A stretch of DNA of 64,000 nt from an uncultured Phycisphaerales bacterium (lineage in GTDB: Bacteria > Planctomycetota > Phycisphaerae > Tepidisphaerales > Tepidisphaeraceae), in contig CAWJPJ010000008.1 in NCBI GenBank assembly GCA_963844715.1, forward strand, positions 608,001 through 672,000. The letters run 5' to 3'. Both the position numbers and the translations under genes were made by a program. Positions 20,318-31,934 of the stretch are shown piece after piece (the first letter of the stretch is position 1; every line of letters starts with the position of its first letter). The notes beneath the pieces are model-generated. The model was not told where the DNA came from. It did not search any database and saw only the letters and a program-made list of their open reading frames with translations.

Positions 20318-20706
20318 GAATTCTTCCTTTTTTTTGCCCAGAATTCCGCGCGCTTTTTCCTGATTTCCGGCGGGATGGGATTTTCGCGCATGAACTGCGC
20401 CGTTTCGTGGAGCATCCGGAAGAAGGCGGTGAAGTCCTCGCCGAAGACGAAAAGGCGCAGTTGCCTGGCTTCGCCGGTTTCGGGGTCGCGTTTGCGTTCG
20501 GTCAGGACGAGGAGATGGTTCCCGTTGGGCAGTTCCTTGAGTTCGGAGTGATAGGAGCGCGGGCCGACGGATTGGAAGAATCGGTTGAAGAGGATTTTTG
20601 CGTCGGGCTTCGCGGACCGGGGCGCCGCAGCGGGCGTGCGGGCCGGGCCGTTTTTGACTACAACGCGCGAGACGTTTTTGGGAGCCGGGGAGCGCATAGC
20701 GATCAT
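20314..20706 (-). CDS. PUR/DUF3276-like nucleic-acid-binding protein
   Basis: GPRSYHSELKELPNGNHLLVLTE...LFVFGEDFTAF resembles the PUR repeat pattern (RTYFFDV...LxITE...IFxEDF); GGAG SD. Confidence 0.6.
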   Translation of the reverse strand: MIAMRSPAPKNVSRVVVKNGPARTPAAAPRSAKPDAKILFNRFFQSVGPRSYHSELKELPNGNHLLVLTERKRDPETGEARQLRLFVFGEDFTAFFRMLHETAQFMRENPIPPEIRKKRAEFWAKKRKNS

Positions 20707-20766
20707 GTCCGCAGTCTCCTTCCTCAATAGTATAAGACACAACCAGGCCTAAAGTCGCATGGGAAT

Positions 20767-20838
20767 AGTTGCCCGTTGTTAGATGCCAGTTGCCAGTCAA
20801 AAACGCGGTCTTTAACTGGCAACTCGCAACTAGCAACT
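20767..20838. repeat. Imperfect palindrome of AGTTGCC / GGCAACT heptamers
   Basis: Same unit as 13777-13848; lies just downstream of lexA. Confidence 0.75.
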
Positions 20839-20844
20839 GTTCAA

Positions 20845-21456
20845 TCAGTTATAACTTCGTAAAACCCCAATCACGACGCCCTGGATTCGGCATTGGTCTG
20901 CTTCGACGATGCGGGGTTCCATGGCGCTATTGGCGGGCTGGAGGCGGATTTTGCCCCCTTCCTTATAAAAGCGCTTCAGGGTGGCCTCGCCGGTGTCCAG
21001 AAGGGCGACGACTTGCTCGCCATTGCGGGCGGTTTCGCGGCGTTCGATGATCACATAGTCGCCGTCGCATAGATGATCGTCGATCATCGATTCCCCGCGC
21101 ACGCGCAGTACATAAACGCCGCTGCGCGAATGGAACATCTGTTCCAGGTCGATTTCCTCGCGGTTTTCCACGGCTTCGATGGGCGACCCGGCCGCGATAT
21201 TGCCCAGCAGCGGCAGCTTGGTCGAGCGGTTCTCATCCGGCAATCTCTCGTCGGAAACGATCTCCAGCGAGCGGGCCTTGTGCTTATCCCGCGTCAAAAC
21301 CCGCTTCCGCTCCAAAGCGCCGACATGCTCGAAAATAGTGACCTTGCTGGTCCCAAGCTGATCGGCCAATTCCTGCATGGTGGGGGCGTAGCCATGCAGA
21401 TGGCGGTAGTTGCGGATCGCGACGACCACGTCCAACTGGCGGGGAGTCAGGTTCAT
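20845..21456 (-). CDS. lexA: SOS repressor LexA
   Basis: LTPRQ...PTMQEL wHTH, IAAG cleavage site, VRGESM (Ser) and ATLKRF (Lys). Confidence 0.95.
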   Translation of the reverse strand: MNLTPRQLDVVVAIRNYRHLHGYAPTMQELADQLGTSKVTIFEHVGALERKRVLTRDKHKARSLEIVSDERLPDENRSTKLPLLGNIAAGSPIEAVENREEIDLEQMFHSRSGVYVLRVRGESMIDDHLCDGDYVIIERRETARNGEQVVALLDTGEATLKRFYKEGGKIRLQPANSAMEPRIVEADQCRIQGVVIGVLRSYN

Positions 21457-21468
21457 GGTATTTCCTTA

Positions 21469-21519
21469 GTTCGGAAACCGTACGGGGAGTACATTACCCT
21501 AACAATGGTGGGGAGTCAA
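21469..21519 (-). promoter_or_regulatory. lexA promoter with candidate operators
   Basis: TTGACT(21514-21519)-N17-TAATGT(21491-21496), overlapped or followed by two N7-spaced quasi-palindromes. Confidence 0.6.
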
Positions 21520-21532
21520 GGAGCAATTAGAA

Positions 21533-21608
21533 GTGACAAAGAGACAAAGAGACGGAGAGACGAAGTGGGCTGATCACCTCACTTCGTCTCTCCGTCTCTT
21601 GGTCTCTT
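21533..21608. repeat. Palindrome of AGAGAC-type octamers, copy 2
   Basis: Left arm 21540-21567 is identical to 17897-17924; right arm 21580-21607 has one mismatch; different spacer. Confidence 0.9.
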
Positions 21609-21612
21609 CCCC

Positions 21613-21658
21613 AAAAAAAGGAGCCGGCGGGTGGATTATATGAACCCAACCCGCCGGC
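21613..21658 (-). terminator. Intrinsic terminator of rnpB
   Basis: GCCGGCGGGT...ACCCGCCGGC stem followed by T7 on the minus strand. Confidence 0.7.
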
Positions 21659-21666
21659 ACTGGTTC

Positions 21667-22076
<410 letters not shown>

Positions 22077-22113
22077 ATCCATTATATCATAAACGGAAGC
22101 GGGGGCCTTGAGT

Positions 22114-24465
22114 TCATTCCTTCGATTTCCCGGGGATCAGGGCGGCAAAGAAGACAATCGCCGCCAACAGAATCATCAGGAAAGCCGCTTCCGGATAGGC
22201 CTGGTTGAAAAACTGGAACACGCCGGGCCAGCGCCCATGATCGCCGTTAAGCAATTGATGCCCGATTTCCCCCGCCGCCAGGATCGCGAGCAAAACGTGC
22301 AGCAGGGAGAAGCCGGTCGAGACCGCCACGAACGCCGCCGACAGGGCGCTCGGCCAAAGCATGTATCGATCTCCCGTCTGGCACATGATGATGGGAAAGA
22401 GCAGCCACGGGCGCACAGCGCGATCAAAATGCGCGGGTCCTTCCGGCGGCTCTGCATGGCGGCGGCGAACGACATCAGAAGCAGCGTCGCGCCGTAGGCG
22501 ATCGCCAGGCTGGTCTTCAAATCCAGATCGAAATTCCAATGCAAAATGGAAAGAGTTCCGACCGGGTCGTGCAGGTCCCATTTGTAGCGTTGCAAAAGCA
22601 GGGAGGGGAAGTTGGTGAAGCTCCCCAGGCCCATTTGCATCTGGTCGTGCTTGACGGTGCCGTAGGCGAAGCCGAGCTGCCACCAGGCGAAGTCGCCGCC
22701 GAGAGTGGCTCCGGCCGCCCAGACTCCCGCCGCCGCGGTCGCCAGGGTCCAGTATTTGATTGAACGTCCGGCGAAAATCCACGGCATCCCGATCAAAACA
22801 GTCGTCGCCGCCGCCGCCCAGAGACGATGACCCGGCAGGCGCGTGGACCAAAAAATGCAGAACAGCCCGGCGCACGCGACCACCGCGATCAGGATATAAA
22901 ACCGAAGCGGGTGCGCCGCGCGGCACGGGGCGGATTTTCGGAGCATCACCAGGCCGTCCCCGTACAAAATCAGCGCGATGACGAAGAGGATAATCCAATG
23001 ATGCGCATCGCCCGAATTGATGAGCCAGGGCCAGAGCAGGAGCGCGGTCCCCAAAGCGAATCCCGTGAGGATTCTTCCCGCGGCTCCCCATTTTCCTTCA
23101 AAGATCGGCCAGAGAAAGAGGATCGGACCGGCCAGCAGGATTTGCCCCTTCATCATGCAGCCCAGGGCGAGCACGAGGCCGGCGCATAGCCACCAATTTA
23201 CGCTCGCCAGCAGTGCCGCGAAGATGAAAATCGGCAGGATCCAGACGTCCCACTGCGGCCAGACATGGCCGTCGATAATGACCATCGGGTCGAACCAGAC
23301 CATCAGTGCCGCGATCCACGCGCAAGCCCAGGCGCGATGGACGGGGGGAGGATGCGGGCGCTGGCGACCATGACGATGAAGAGGACGAACATCGCCATCC
23401 AGGCGGGCCAATCCGGCCAGGAACTGCCCCCGACCGGATCGGTCGAAAATGTGACGCTCGGTCCACCGGCGACGAAAGTTTGATCGGGCGTGGCGCTGGT
23501 GCCGCTTATGGCGTTGGCGACGAGGCGGAAATGGATCGTCTGTCCCTGCGTAACCGGGCTGATGGTGACCAGAACGCGAATGGGGCGAAATCCCGGTATC
23601 GGGCGAAACGGGGTGGCGTGGGAATAAGCCGGGGAAGTTCCCCACTCGATGCGCCAGCGAGAGATGCTCTGCTGTCCATCGACAACGCCGTAGATGGAAG
23701 CGGTGTAGCCGCTCGGAACGACGCTGAGAAGATTCACAGTTGGCGTGGCGCGTGGCGGGAGGGCCGAGAGCCCGGCGTAGCAGTACCAAAAGGCGGCGGT
23801 CGCGACCAAAAACGCCGCCAGCCCGCGCGGGTAGCGAGGGGGAGGGTCGAGAAGGGTCTTGCCGGCGCCGCGCCGCACCCAGAGCCAGACCAGCCCGAAC
23901 ATTCCCACGGCGGCAAGCGCTTCGCACACCGTGTTAAAATTCAGCAGCGGGTAGGCGATGTCCTCGTCCTGCGGGACGACCGTGTCGGGTCGGCCGCGAC
24001 GCGCGGGGAAATTCCGGTACTCGGGATGAGTTTCCTGTACATGGCGGACAAAAAATGTGGCGACGGTCAGACGCAGCGGGGGATAGTCGAGTCCGGAATA
24101 GGGATTGCCGAACAGGTCTTCCCCGGAGGTCAGGCAATAGTCGTAGTAATGAACGATCGCATCGCACGTTTCGGAGAACGTGAGCTTGCGCTGTATCGGC
24201 TGCAAATGGTCGCGCGCCTCCTCGGCGCGGAGAGCGCCGTTGCCGAGGAAGAAAAGGGTTACCAGATCGGCCTGGAATCGCGTCGAGCGGGTGTTGGGCC
24301 AGAGATCGCTGCGGATGCTCAGCCCAACGCAGGCGGCCCAGATTCCCTGACCGATGATGAATACCCCGATGAGAATCCAGAGAACCAGGTCGCGCCGCGC
24401 GCGGGCGCGGGAACGAGCGTCCGCGGCGGCTCTTTGACGGCGCTTATGTCCAGGGATGAATTCAC
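22114..24465 (-). CDS. Polytopic GT-C-like glycosyltransferase, paralog B (several indels)
   Basis: LDYPPLR and FDPMVIIDGHVWPQWD...GCMMKGQ motifs across ORFs 23303-24205, 22176-23927 and 22114-23091; GTG start overlaps the upstream TGA. Confidence 0.65.
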
Positions 24466-26640
24466 AGGTCGATTTCCCCGAATTTTGTGCGCCGCGGCGC
24501 GGCTACCGCGCAATAGAGAAAGATGGCGGCGGCCAAAAGCATTGCCCATGCCAGGCCGGGGAAAGTGGGCTGGGTGATGAGTCCGGTCACGGGCGCGCCG
24601 CCGAAGCTTCCGATGCTGACGTATTGGTTTCCGAGCATGATGCAGCCGAAGATCGTCATCAAAAGCCCCATCAGCGCCATGCCTGTCGAGACGCCGATCA
24701 GGGATGCGGCGATGACCGCGGGCAGAAGCGTGTAGCGCGCCGCCATTTGCGTCAGGATTGTCGGGAAAAGCACCCACGGCGTCACAACGGCGATGAGGAA
24801 GCGCGGATCGCGCCGGCGAATGTGAATCGCCGCGCCGATGGCGCACAGGACGACGGCCAGCAGATAAATGAACCCGAGCGTTTGTCGCAAATCGAGTTGA
24901 AACGGCCAGGCCATGGCGGGGTCGTGAAGATGCCAGCCGAATCGGCACTCCAGGAGCGAGCAGAGGTTGCTCAAACTGAACTGCCCGAGTTGCATCTGCT
25001 GCCAGCGCTTGGTCCCGTAGGCGAAGCCGACATCCCACCAGGAGAATTTTCCATCGAGGCCGAATCCGGCAAGCCAGATGCCCGCCGCGATAACGAATGC
25101 GAAGTACGTCGGCCAATACCAGCGGCGGATGAATCGCGGGGCGATAAGGATCCCTGCGCAAACCGCCAGGACGCAGAGGCGCAAGACCCAATGCACATCG
25201 AAGAAGATCCAAAGGATGAGAATCGCCGCACTGCCTAGGGCGACGAGGCGGAGAATCAGTACGTAGGGGGCGATGCGCTCGGCCGGGCCGGCGACGATTT
25301 CCGTCTCATGCGTTTCCGGGGCCAGAGGCGTTGGCGGGCGCACGCGGCGGAGATTCACCCGGCGCATCGAGCCGACCATTCGCGAGATCGCCGGCTCGGC
25401 GGTGACTTCCGCCAGGACGATCACGCCGGCGGCGAACACGCCGATCGCATAGTGTAGCGCCGACGGATTGCTGAGCAGCCACGGCGATACGATCACCCCG
25501 GCTCCGAGCCGCCAGCCCGGACAGAATGCAGATAAACTTGCCCGGCCAACCCGCCAATAGCGGCGCCAGGAGCAGGACGGGCGCGGCAAAGAGAATCTGA
25601 CCCTTGAGCATGCATCCGACGCCTAGGGCGAGCCCGGCGCACAGCCACCAATCCACCGATGCCAGAAGCGCCGCGACCAGAAAGAATGTCGGCAGCCAGA
25701 CGTCCCATTGCGGCCAGACATGTCCATCCAAAAGCATCGGCGGGTTCAGCCAGACGAGCGTGCCGGCGATCATGCCACATGCCGGTCCGCGAAACGGCAC
25801 AGGAAGAAATCGCGCCAGGCCGACCAGCGACAGAAATCCAACGATCAGAAAAAGCCAGAACGGCACGCTCGTCACCAGCAAATCAATCGGCGTGGTGATT
25901 TGCGGGTTTGTTGGGGCGAGCGTCCATCCAAGAATCGGGCGAAGCAAGAGCAGCAGCACCAGCACCCCGAGCGGGGCCAGCAGCATTCGATCTCCCCATC
26001 GCCATTTTTTCCCGTCGCGATTGGTCCACAGCCAGACGAGCAAAAACGTCGCAATCGTTGAGACGGCTTCCATGGCCGTGTTGATCAGAAGCATCGGCTG
26101 GGCAACGTCTTTGGTCACCCAGCGCGTCCGATGCTGAGCGGGGACATACCAGGGGGTTGGATCATTCGGGAAATTGTGAAGCCCGGGGAAACTCTCCTCC
26201 ACATGGCGCTCCCACAGCACGAGGATCAACGATCGCATCGGCGGGTAGTCCAGCTTGACCTCGCGGTTCTCGACGCCGACGTCCATTTGATCGTAGAATT
26301 GCATCCACCCGCGCACGACCTGAAGGAACGTCGGGGTTGCGTCCTGCGGCAGGTTGGCAAGCTGCCGAGAGGTGTTCAGAATCATGTCGGACTTGGTCAT
26401 GGCATCGTCGATATCCTCGCGCATATTCGGACCCGACCAGAGCCCGGCGCGGATATCCATACCGATTAGAAAAATCCGCCAGAAGTAAAAGAGGATGAGG
26501 ATGGCGACGAGCCCCGCGCCGATGGCGCGGCGATTCCGCTCCGCCGGCGAGGATTGCGGCGCGGCCAGGCCCGAAATTGTGGTGCTTCCCTCGACCATCT
26601 CAAGCCCCAAACGCTCCCCGCTTTCACGCCACAGAATCAT
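24462..26640 (-). CDS. Polytopic GT-C-like glycosyltransferase, paralog A (indel near 25515)
   Basis: LDYPPMR and LNPPMLLDGHVWPQWD...GCMLKGQ; shares GFAYGT..QMQ and GWHLHDP blocks with paralog B. Confidence 0.65.
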
Positions 26641-26793
26641 CTAATAGACGGCGTCCCAAGGGCGATTTTCCGCCTCCGGGGCAATTTCTTAGCATGTTTG
26701 GCTAAGCCGAGCCAGCACATGCCAATAAGATATGTCCGCCGGCGCTGACGAAGGGACTTTCAGCCTCGATTTGATGCGGTCGAAACATGAAGT

Positions 26794-29700
26794 GTGACAT
26801 TAGTCCAAGAGGTCGAACAATCCGCGCCCGCAACGCATCGCGACCTGTCGGCGGGGGAGGCCCTTAAGCTCGCTTGGCCGTTCGTTTTGCTGACCCTGCT
26901 CCTGTTTGGAATGGCGCTTCTTAGCAGCCGGCCTGTGGCGATTGGGCACGCCGGGTCGGATGTGACCAGCCAATTCCGGTATTGGGAGCAATTCGGGTTT
27001 TCGCATCTGCGAAACGGGGAACTGCCGCTCTGGAACCCGCACTCCTATTCCGGGTATCCGTTTTTCGGCAACTGGCAAACGGCCCTCCTCTATCCCATCA
27101 ACTGGCTGCATCTTCTTCTTCCCTGGAATATTGCCCTGAACTGGGTCATCGCGATCCATTTCTTCCTGACCGGTTGGTTCACGGCTCTGTGGTGCCGGTA
27201 CCGGATGACCAGCCGGATCGGCTCGGCGCTGGCGGGCCTGATCGCCGTCGGAGGCGGGGGATATTACCTGCACATTTACGCGGGGCATGTTTCGTTCGTC
27301 TGCGCCGCGGCGTGGACGCCGCTGATTCTGCTTTGCGCCGACGGGATGTTGCGCGAAAATCGTGGTGGTGGGTTCGGCTGGGAGTGATCGCGGTGACCAT
27401 GCAGATTCTGGCCGGGTTCCCGCAGGTCGTCTATTACACCGCGCTCATGACCGGCGTTTACACGCTCATTCAATTGCCGCGATCGAAGCACAAATTTTTT
27501 CCGATTGGCGGGTTTCTTGTCATCGCCCTGTTCGCCTGCGGGATCGCGGCGGTGCAGATTCTCGTGGGATTGGAAACCGCCTCGGAATCCGTACGCGGGG
27601 GCGGGGCGTCCATCTTTCTGGCGGCGTCCTACTCGCTGGCGCCGGAAAATCTGGCGACCATCATCATGCCGCATTTCCTGGGGGACATGTCCGAATTCCA
27701 TCCCTATTTCGGGCGCTGGTTTCTTTGGGAAACCTGCCTGTTCGTGGGCTCGGGCGGGTTGTGCCTGGCTGTGATCGGAGGTTTCGATCGGCCCAATCGC
27801 GGCGCCCCGGTGGCGCTTTCGATGGTGATTCTTTCGGTAATTCTTGCCCTGGGGTCATACACGGGGCTCTTTCCCATTCTCTATAAATACGTGCCTCTGT
27901 ACGGCAATTTTCGGGTCAACGGGCGGTTCGGATTATTCTTTTGCCTGTTCATGGGAATGCTCGCCGGTTTTGGATTCGACCGGCTGCGGCGCGGGCTGCA
28001 TCCAAAACCGTGGTTTGCCCTGGTGTTCCTCCTTCCCGGGCTGATCGCAGTCGCGTTCTCGGTCTGGATGCATCTGCATCCTGCCTCCAACGCGCGGCTT
28101 TGGTGGACGGCGATGGACCGGATGTGGAACGAGGGCGCGGTCATCATTCCGAAAAAGGTCTTGTTCGATTCGAATTTCCGCCGGCAAGCGCCGCTGTATG
28201 CGAATCTTCAGATCGCCATTGCCGGCGCGACGCTTTGCGTCGTGGGCGGGCTGTTGCTGATTCTTCCACGCCGAAAATGGGCCGTCGCGGCGCTGGGGAT
28301 CGTCGCGGTTATCGAGATTGTCGCGTTCGATATTCATCAGTTCGAGACGCAGCCGGCGGACATTCAAATGCCGGCGGCGTGGCAAACGGCGCTGGCGGAT
28401 TTGCCGCCGGACCAGCGGGCTTATGTTCCGAGTCTGGTCTTCACGGATAGTGGGGCATCCGAGGGACAAAACGACATCTGGGGGTACGACCCGTTCATGC
28501 CGCGCCGATACGCCGAGTTCATGGCCATGACGCAGGGGAAAGACCCCGAGAAGTACGGCTATCAGCTTGCCGTGCACAAGTTATCCCCGATGCTGAAAAT
28601 GGTCCGGCTGGGGCTTTATCTCAACGAAGACGACAAACCCGCCGTGCGCGTGCAGGGGGCTTTGCCGCAGGCTTTGGTTGTATACAAATGGAAGTTCGCC
28701 CGCTCGCGCGAGGAGGCGATTGCGGAGATGCAGGATCCGTCGTTTGATCCGAGCCAGACGGTGGTTCTGGAAACCGCGCCCAATCCGCTTCCGGATGACA
28801 GCGGCGCGGAGCCGCCGCCGGCGATCGTTCAAATCTTCCATCAGACGACCGACGGGATGGAGATTTACGCGAATCTTGCGCAGCCGGGGATTCTGCTGAT
28901 CACGGACGCCTATGCGCGGGTGGGATGTGCAGGAAGATGGACCCTCGGGCCTGGCGAAGTATCCCGTGCTTCCGGGCGATTGGTGCCTTCGCGCCATCCC
29001 GCTTTCGGCGGGGGTCCACAATCTGACAGTGCGGTACGAGCCGATGTCCTATTTCTGGGGGCTGCCGATCACGTGGATTTCCCTGCCGGTATTTGCGTTC
29101 TGGTGCATCATTCCGGCCATTCGCAGGCGCCAGCATTTCGCCTTTGCATATTCGGTGGGGATCAGCGTCGCGGCGGTCAGCCTGGTGAACGGAAAATTCC
29201 GGTATTCGCGATTTTCGGAACCCTATTACAAGCCGGATCAGCCGGTAGATGATGCTTCGGTCGTCTATCCCGGCGAAGACATTCAGCATCTACCGATTGA
29301 CACCGAGCGCCGCGCGATCTTTGCATCCCACCTGAAGCAGGCGCAGGCGTCGCTTCCGCCGGGATTCACGGCCGTGCCGGAATATCCGTTTGTGGTGATC
29401 GGCAACGACGACCCCGACACGGTGCGCCGCTACGCCCGCCATGAAGTCGCCTGGGCCGCCATGCTGATCAAAAACGATTTTTTCCCGAGCGACCCGGGGC
29501 GGATCAGGGATGTGTGGCTCTTCAACAATGCTTATACCTTCCGCCACTATAGTGGACGGCTGTTTGACGTTAATCCGGATAATGACTTCAGCGATTACTT
29601 GCAATCAGGCCGGGTTATTCTGATCAATATCGGCACCGGGGGGGGCACAGTGGCGACGACGTTGATGGATGTTTATCTGGGGGAGAATTTCCCGCGCTGC

Positions 29701-30123
29701 CCATTCTGGTTCCGGGTCGGGTTTGGGGAACTTTATTGGATGCCTACCGAACGGAACGGACACATCTACGCCTATCCCAACTGGCGGCTAACCCAGCTCC
29801 AGGATGCGATCCGCGCGGATCACGTCCTTTCGTTTCAGGACCTGATCACGGGGGATCCGAACATCGGGCTGCGCAATCAATCCTACCTCACGCAAGCGCG
29901 GTACCTCTGCTACTACATGCAGGAAAAGGGGCTGCTGGGGAAATATTTCACGCAGCTCCAGGCCAATATCGATGCCGATCCGACGGGGCTACAGACTTTG
30001 GAAGAAGTATTGGGCGAGACGGACCTGTTTAATTTCCAGAGCCGATGGAGCCAGTGGGTGCTGGAGCAAACGGTTCCGGAATTGGATTGGGTAGACGGAA
30101 AAGGACTTGTGGCTAGAAACTAG
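26794..30123 (+). CDS. YfhO-like membrane glycosyltransferase with C-terminal zincin-like domain (indels near 27362 and 28920)
   Basis: GELPLWNPHSYSGYPF...LLYP, QILAGFPQ, GYDPF, LLITDAY..GW, LRAIPLSAGVHNLTVRYEP; ORF 28912-30123 continues for about 300 aa more. Confidence 0.7.
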
Positions 30124-30167
30124 AAGCTTCTAGAGACTAGAAGGTAGAAGCTGGAGGCTAGAAGCTA
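30111..30167 (+). repeat. (G/A)CTAGAA heptamer tandem repeat
   Basis: ggctagaaactagaagcttctagagactagaaggtagaagctggaggctagaagctaa; supplies the TAG stop of the upstream gene. Confidence 0.75.
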
Positions 30168-30756
30168 AGGGGGAAAATTCAGTATTGGGAAAAGGGTGGG
30201 GGAGGTCGCCGCAGCGACCTAGAGGGTGGAAAGTTGAGAGTAGAAAGTGGAGCTGGGGGCGGCAAAATAAATCGAATTCGGAAAAAGGCTGGGGGTATTT
30301 TTTGGCGCGGGTTTTCTATTCAAACTAATATTGGGGGGATTTTTGGGGGAAGTTGTTTGCTGCTCTGGAGTTGGGGTGTTTGTTTGACGTTCAATAGACA
30401 GTTGGCCGCCATGGCGGCCCTCCGGCTAGTGGGGAGAAGAAGGCCTTTGGCGGCTCGATATCGCCGCACGGCGATCGAGAATAAGAAAATAAATATGTTC
30501 ATAGCAAGAAGATTTAATTTTTTGGAATGCGCGCAAGGGGCTGGGCGGCATTGGGTTGTGAGTGGGAGCGTAGAATTCAGAAAAAGGAATTTAATTCGAT
30601 GACATTAATGCGGCGTTGCTAGGTGACAGATCATCTACAGTCGCGCGTGCTTGAATCGGCGAGAGAATGAGTGATGGCCCCTTTTCTTCTTCCGACTCTA
30701 ATTATCCCTGACTATTTCGGCGGCGTCATGGGCGTTCAATGGGGGGCGCGTAAGGG

Positions 30757-31898
30757 TTATTGGGAAGGTGGGTCGCGGAGATTGGCGATCGCTTTTAGGT
30801 TTTGTGCAGCTTCGGGGGCGCATTCCTTGCTGTTCAAGAGCTGATTGAAATATTTCTCTGCGCAATCTAGGTCTGCGAGGCGGACGTAACAGCTTCCGAG
30901 ATTAAGTAGGATCCGGTCGCCCATGACGAAGGGGGCGAAGCCCATCGTTCGATCGAATGTACGGCGATCGCGGATCTCGATGAGATGTTCGAGAATTTGG
31001 GCGCAGCGCTCGAAGTTTTCGGCGGAGAAATCTTCGTGGGCGAGACGCCAAAGTAGTGGGGGTGTGTCGGGATACCAGCGGGTGCACAATTCGTTTCTGA
31101 CTTGAGCCGGAATAATCGAGGCGGCCGGGCTTTGGGGGAAGGCGAAAAGATATTCCAAAAAGATGGGGGTCACAACGACGGGGGGATCGACCGCAGCCCT
31201 GGCTGCCGCGATTTGCGTGGCGGCGCGGGCGAGAAGTTCGTGTCCGTGGGGATCACGGAGGTCGAGTAGGGTCCTGCCGAGTTCGATGAGAGAGAAGAGG
31301 TGGTCTGAATCGGCCGCAAGCTGCATTGAGAGCAGATCGCGATTCCGGCGGCGTTTGTGGTTCAACTTGTGAGAGAGATATCCGTAGTGTCTCAGGCGAA
31401 TGGTGGATGGGAAAACGCTTTTGCCTTCGGACTTGGCCACGTGCTCGAGGGGAGGATGGAATTGCTCGTGAATACGTCCCTTCATGTGGACGGCGGGATG
31501 GCGGCGGAAGAGGCGGAGCGCCCACATTTCGGTGAACTGGTCCGGGGTGGAATCGTCGGCGAGGTCTTGTCTTAGAAGTTTGACGGCGAATATATCCTGG
31601 CGGAGAAGGGATGCGCGAAGTTCGGGGATGGACTCGGGCAGGAGTTCCTCGTCCGCGTCAATCCAGAGAATCCAATCGGATTTCGCGTTTGCGAAGGAGG
31701 CGTTTCGCGCGGCGGCGAAATCGTCGTTCCAGGCGTATGTCGTGACGGCAGCGCCCTCGGCAGCGGCGAGATTGACGGTGTTGTCGGTCGAACCGGTGTC
31801 GAGCAGAATGATTTCGTCGGCGATGGGATTTATGGAACGGAGGCAGCGGACGATATCGTCCTGCTCATTGCGCCAATCATGCAGACGCTCAAGGTCAT
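30757..31898 (-). CDS. GT2 family glycosyltransferase with TPR domain (indel near 31874)
   Basis: MTLSVCMI(x)RNE...DTGSTDNT...DDFAAARN...WIDADE...RIHEQ...HYGY; TPR-like C-terminus. Confidence 0.85.
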
Positions 31899-31934
31899 TT
31901 GATTCGGTAGGCGTATGCGATCTGAAATTCGGGG

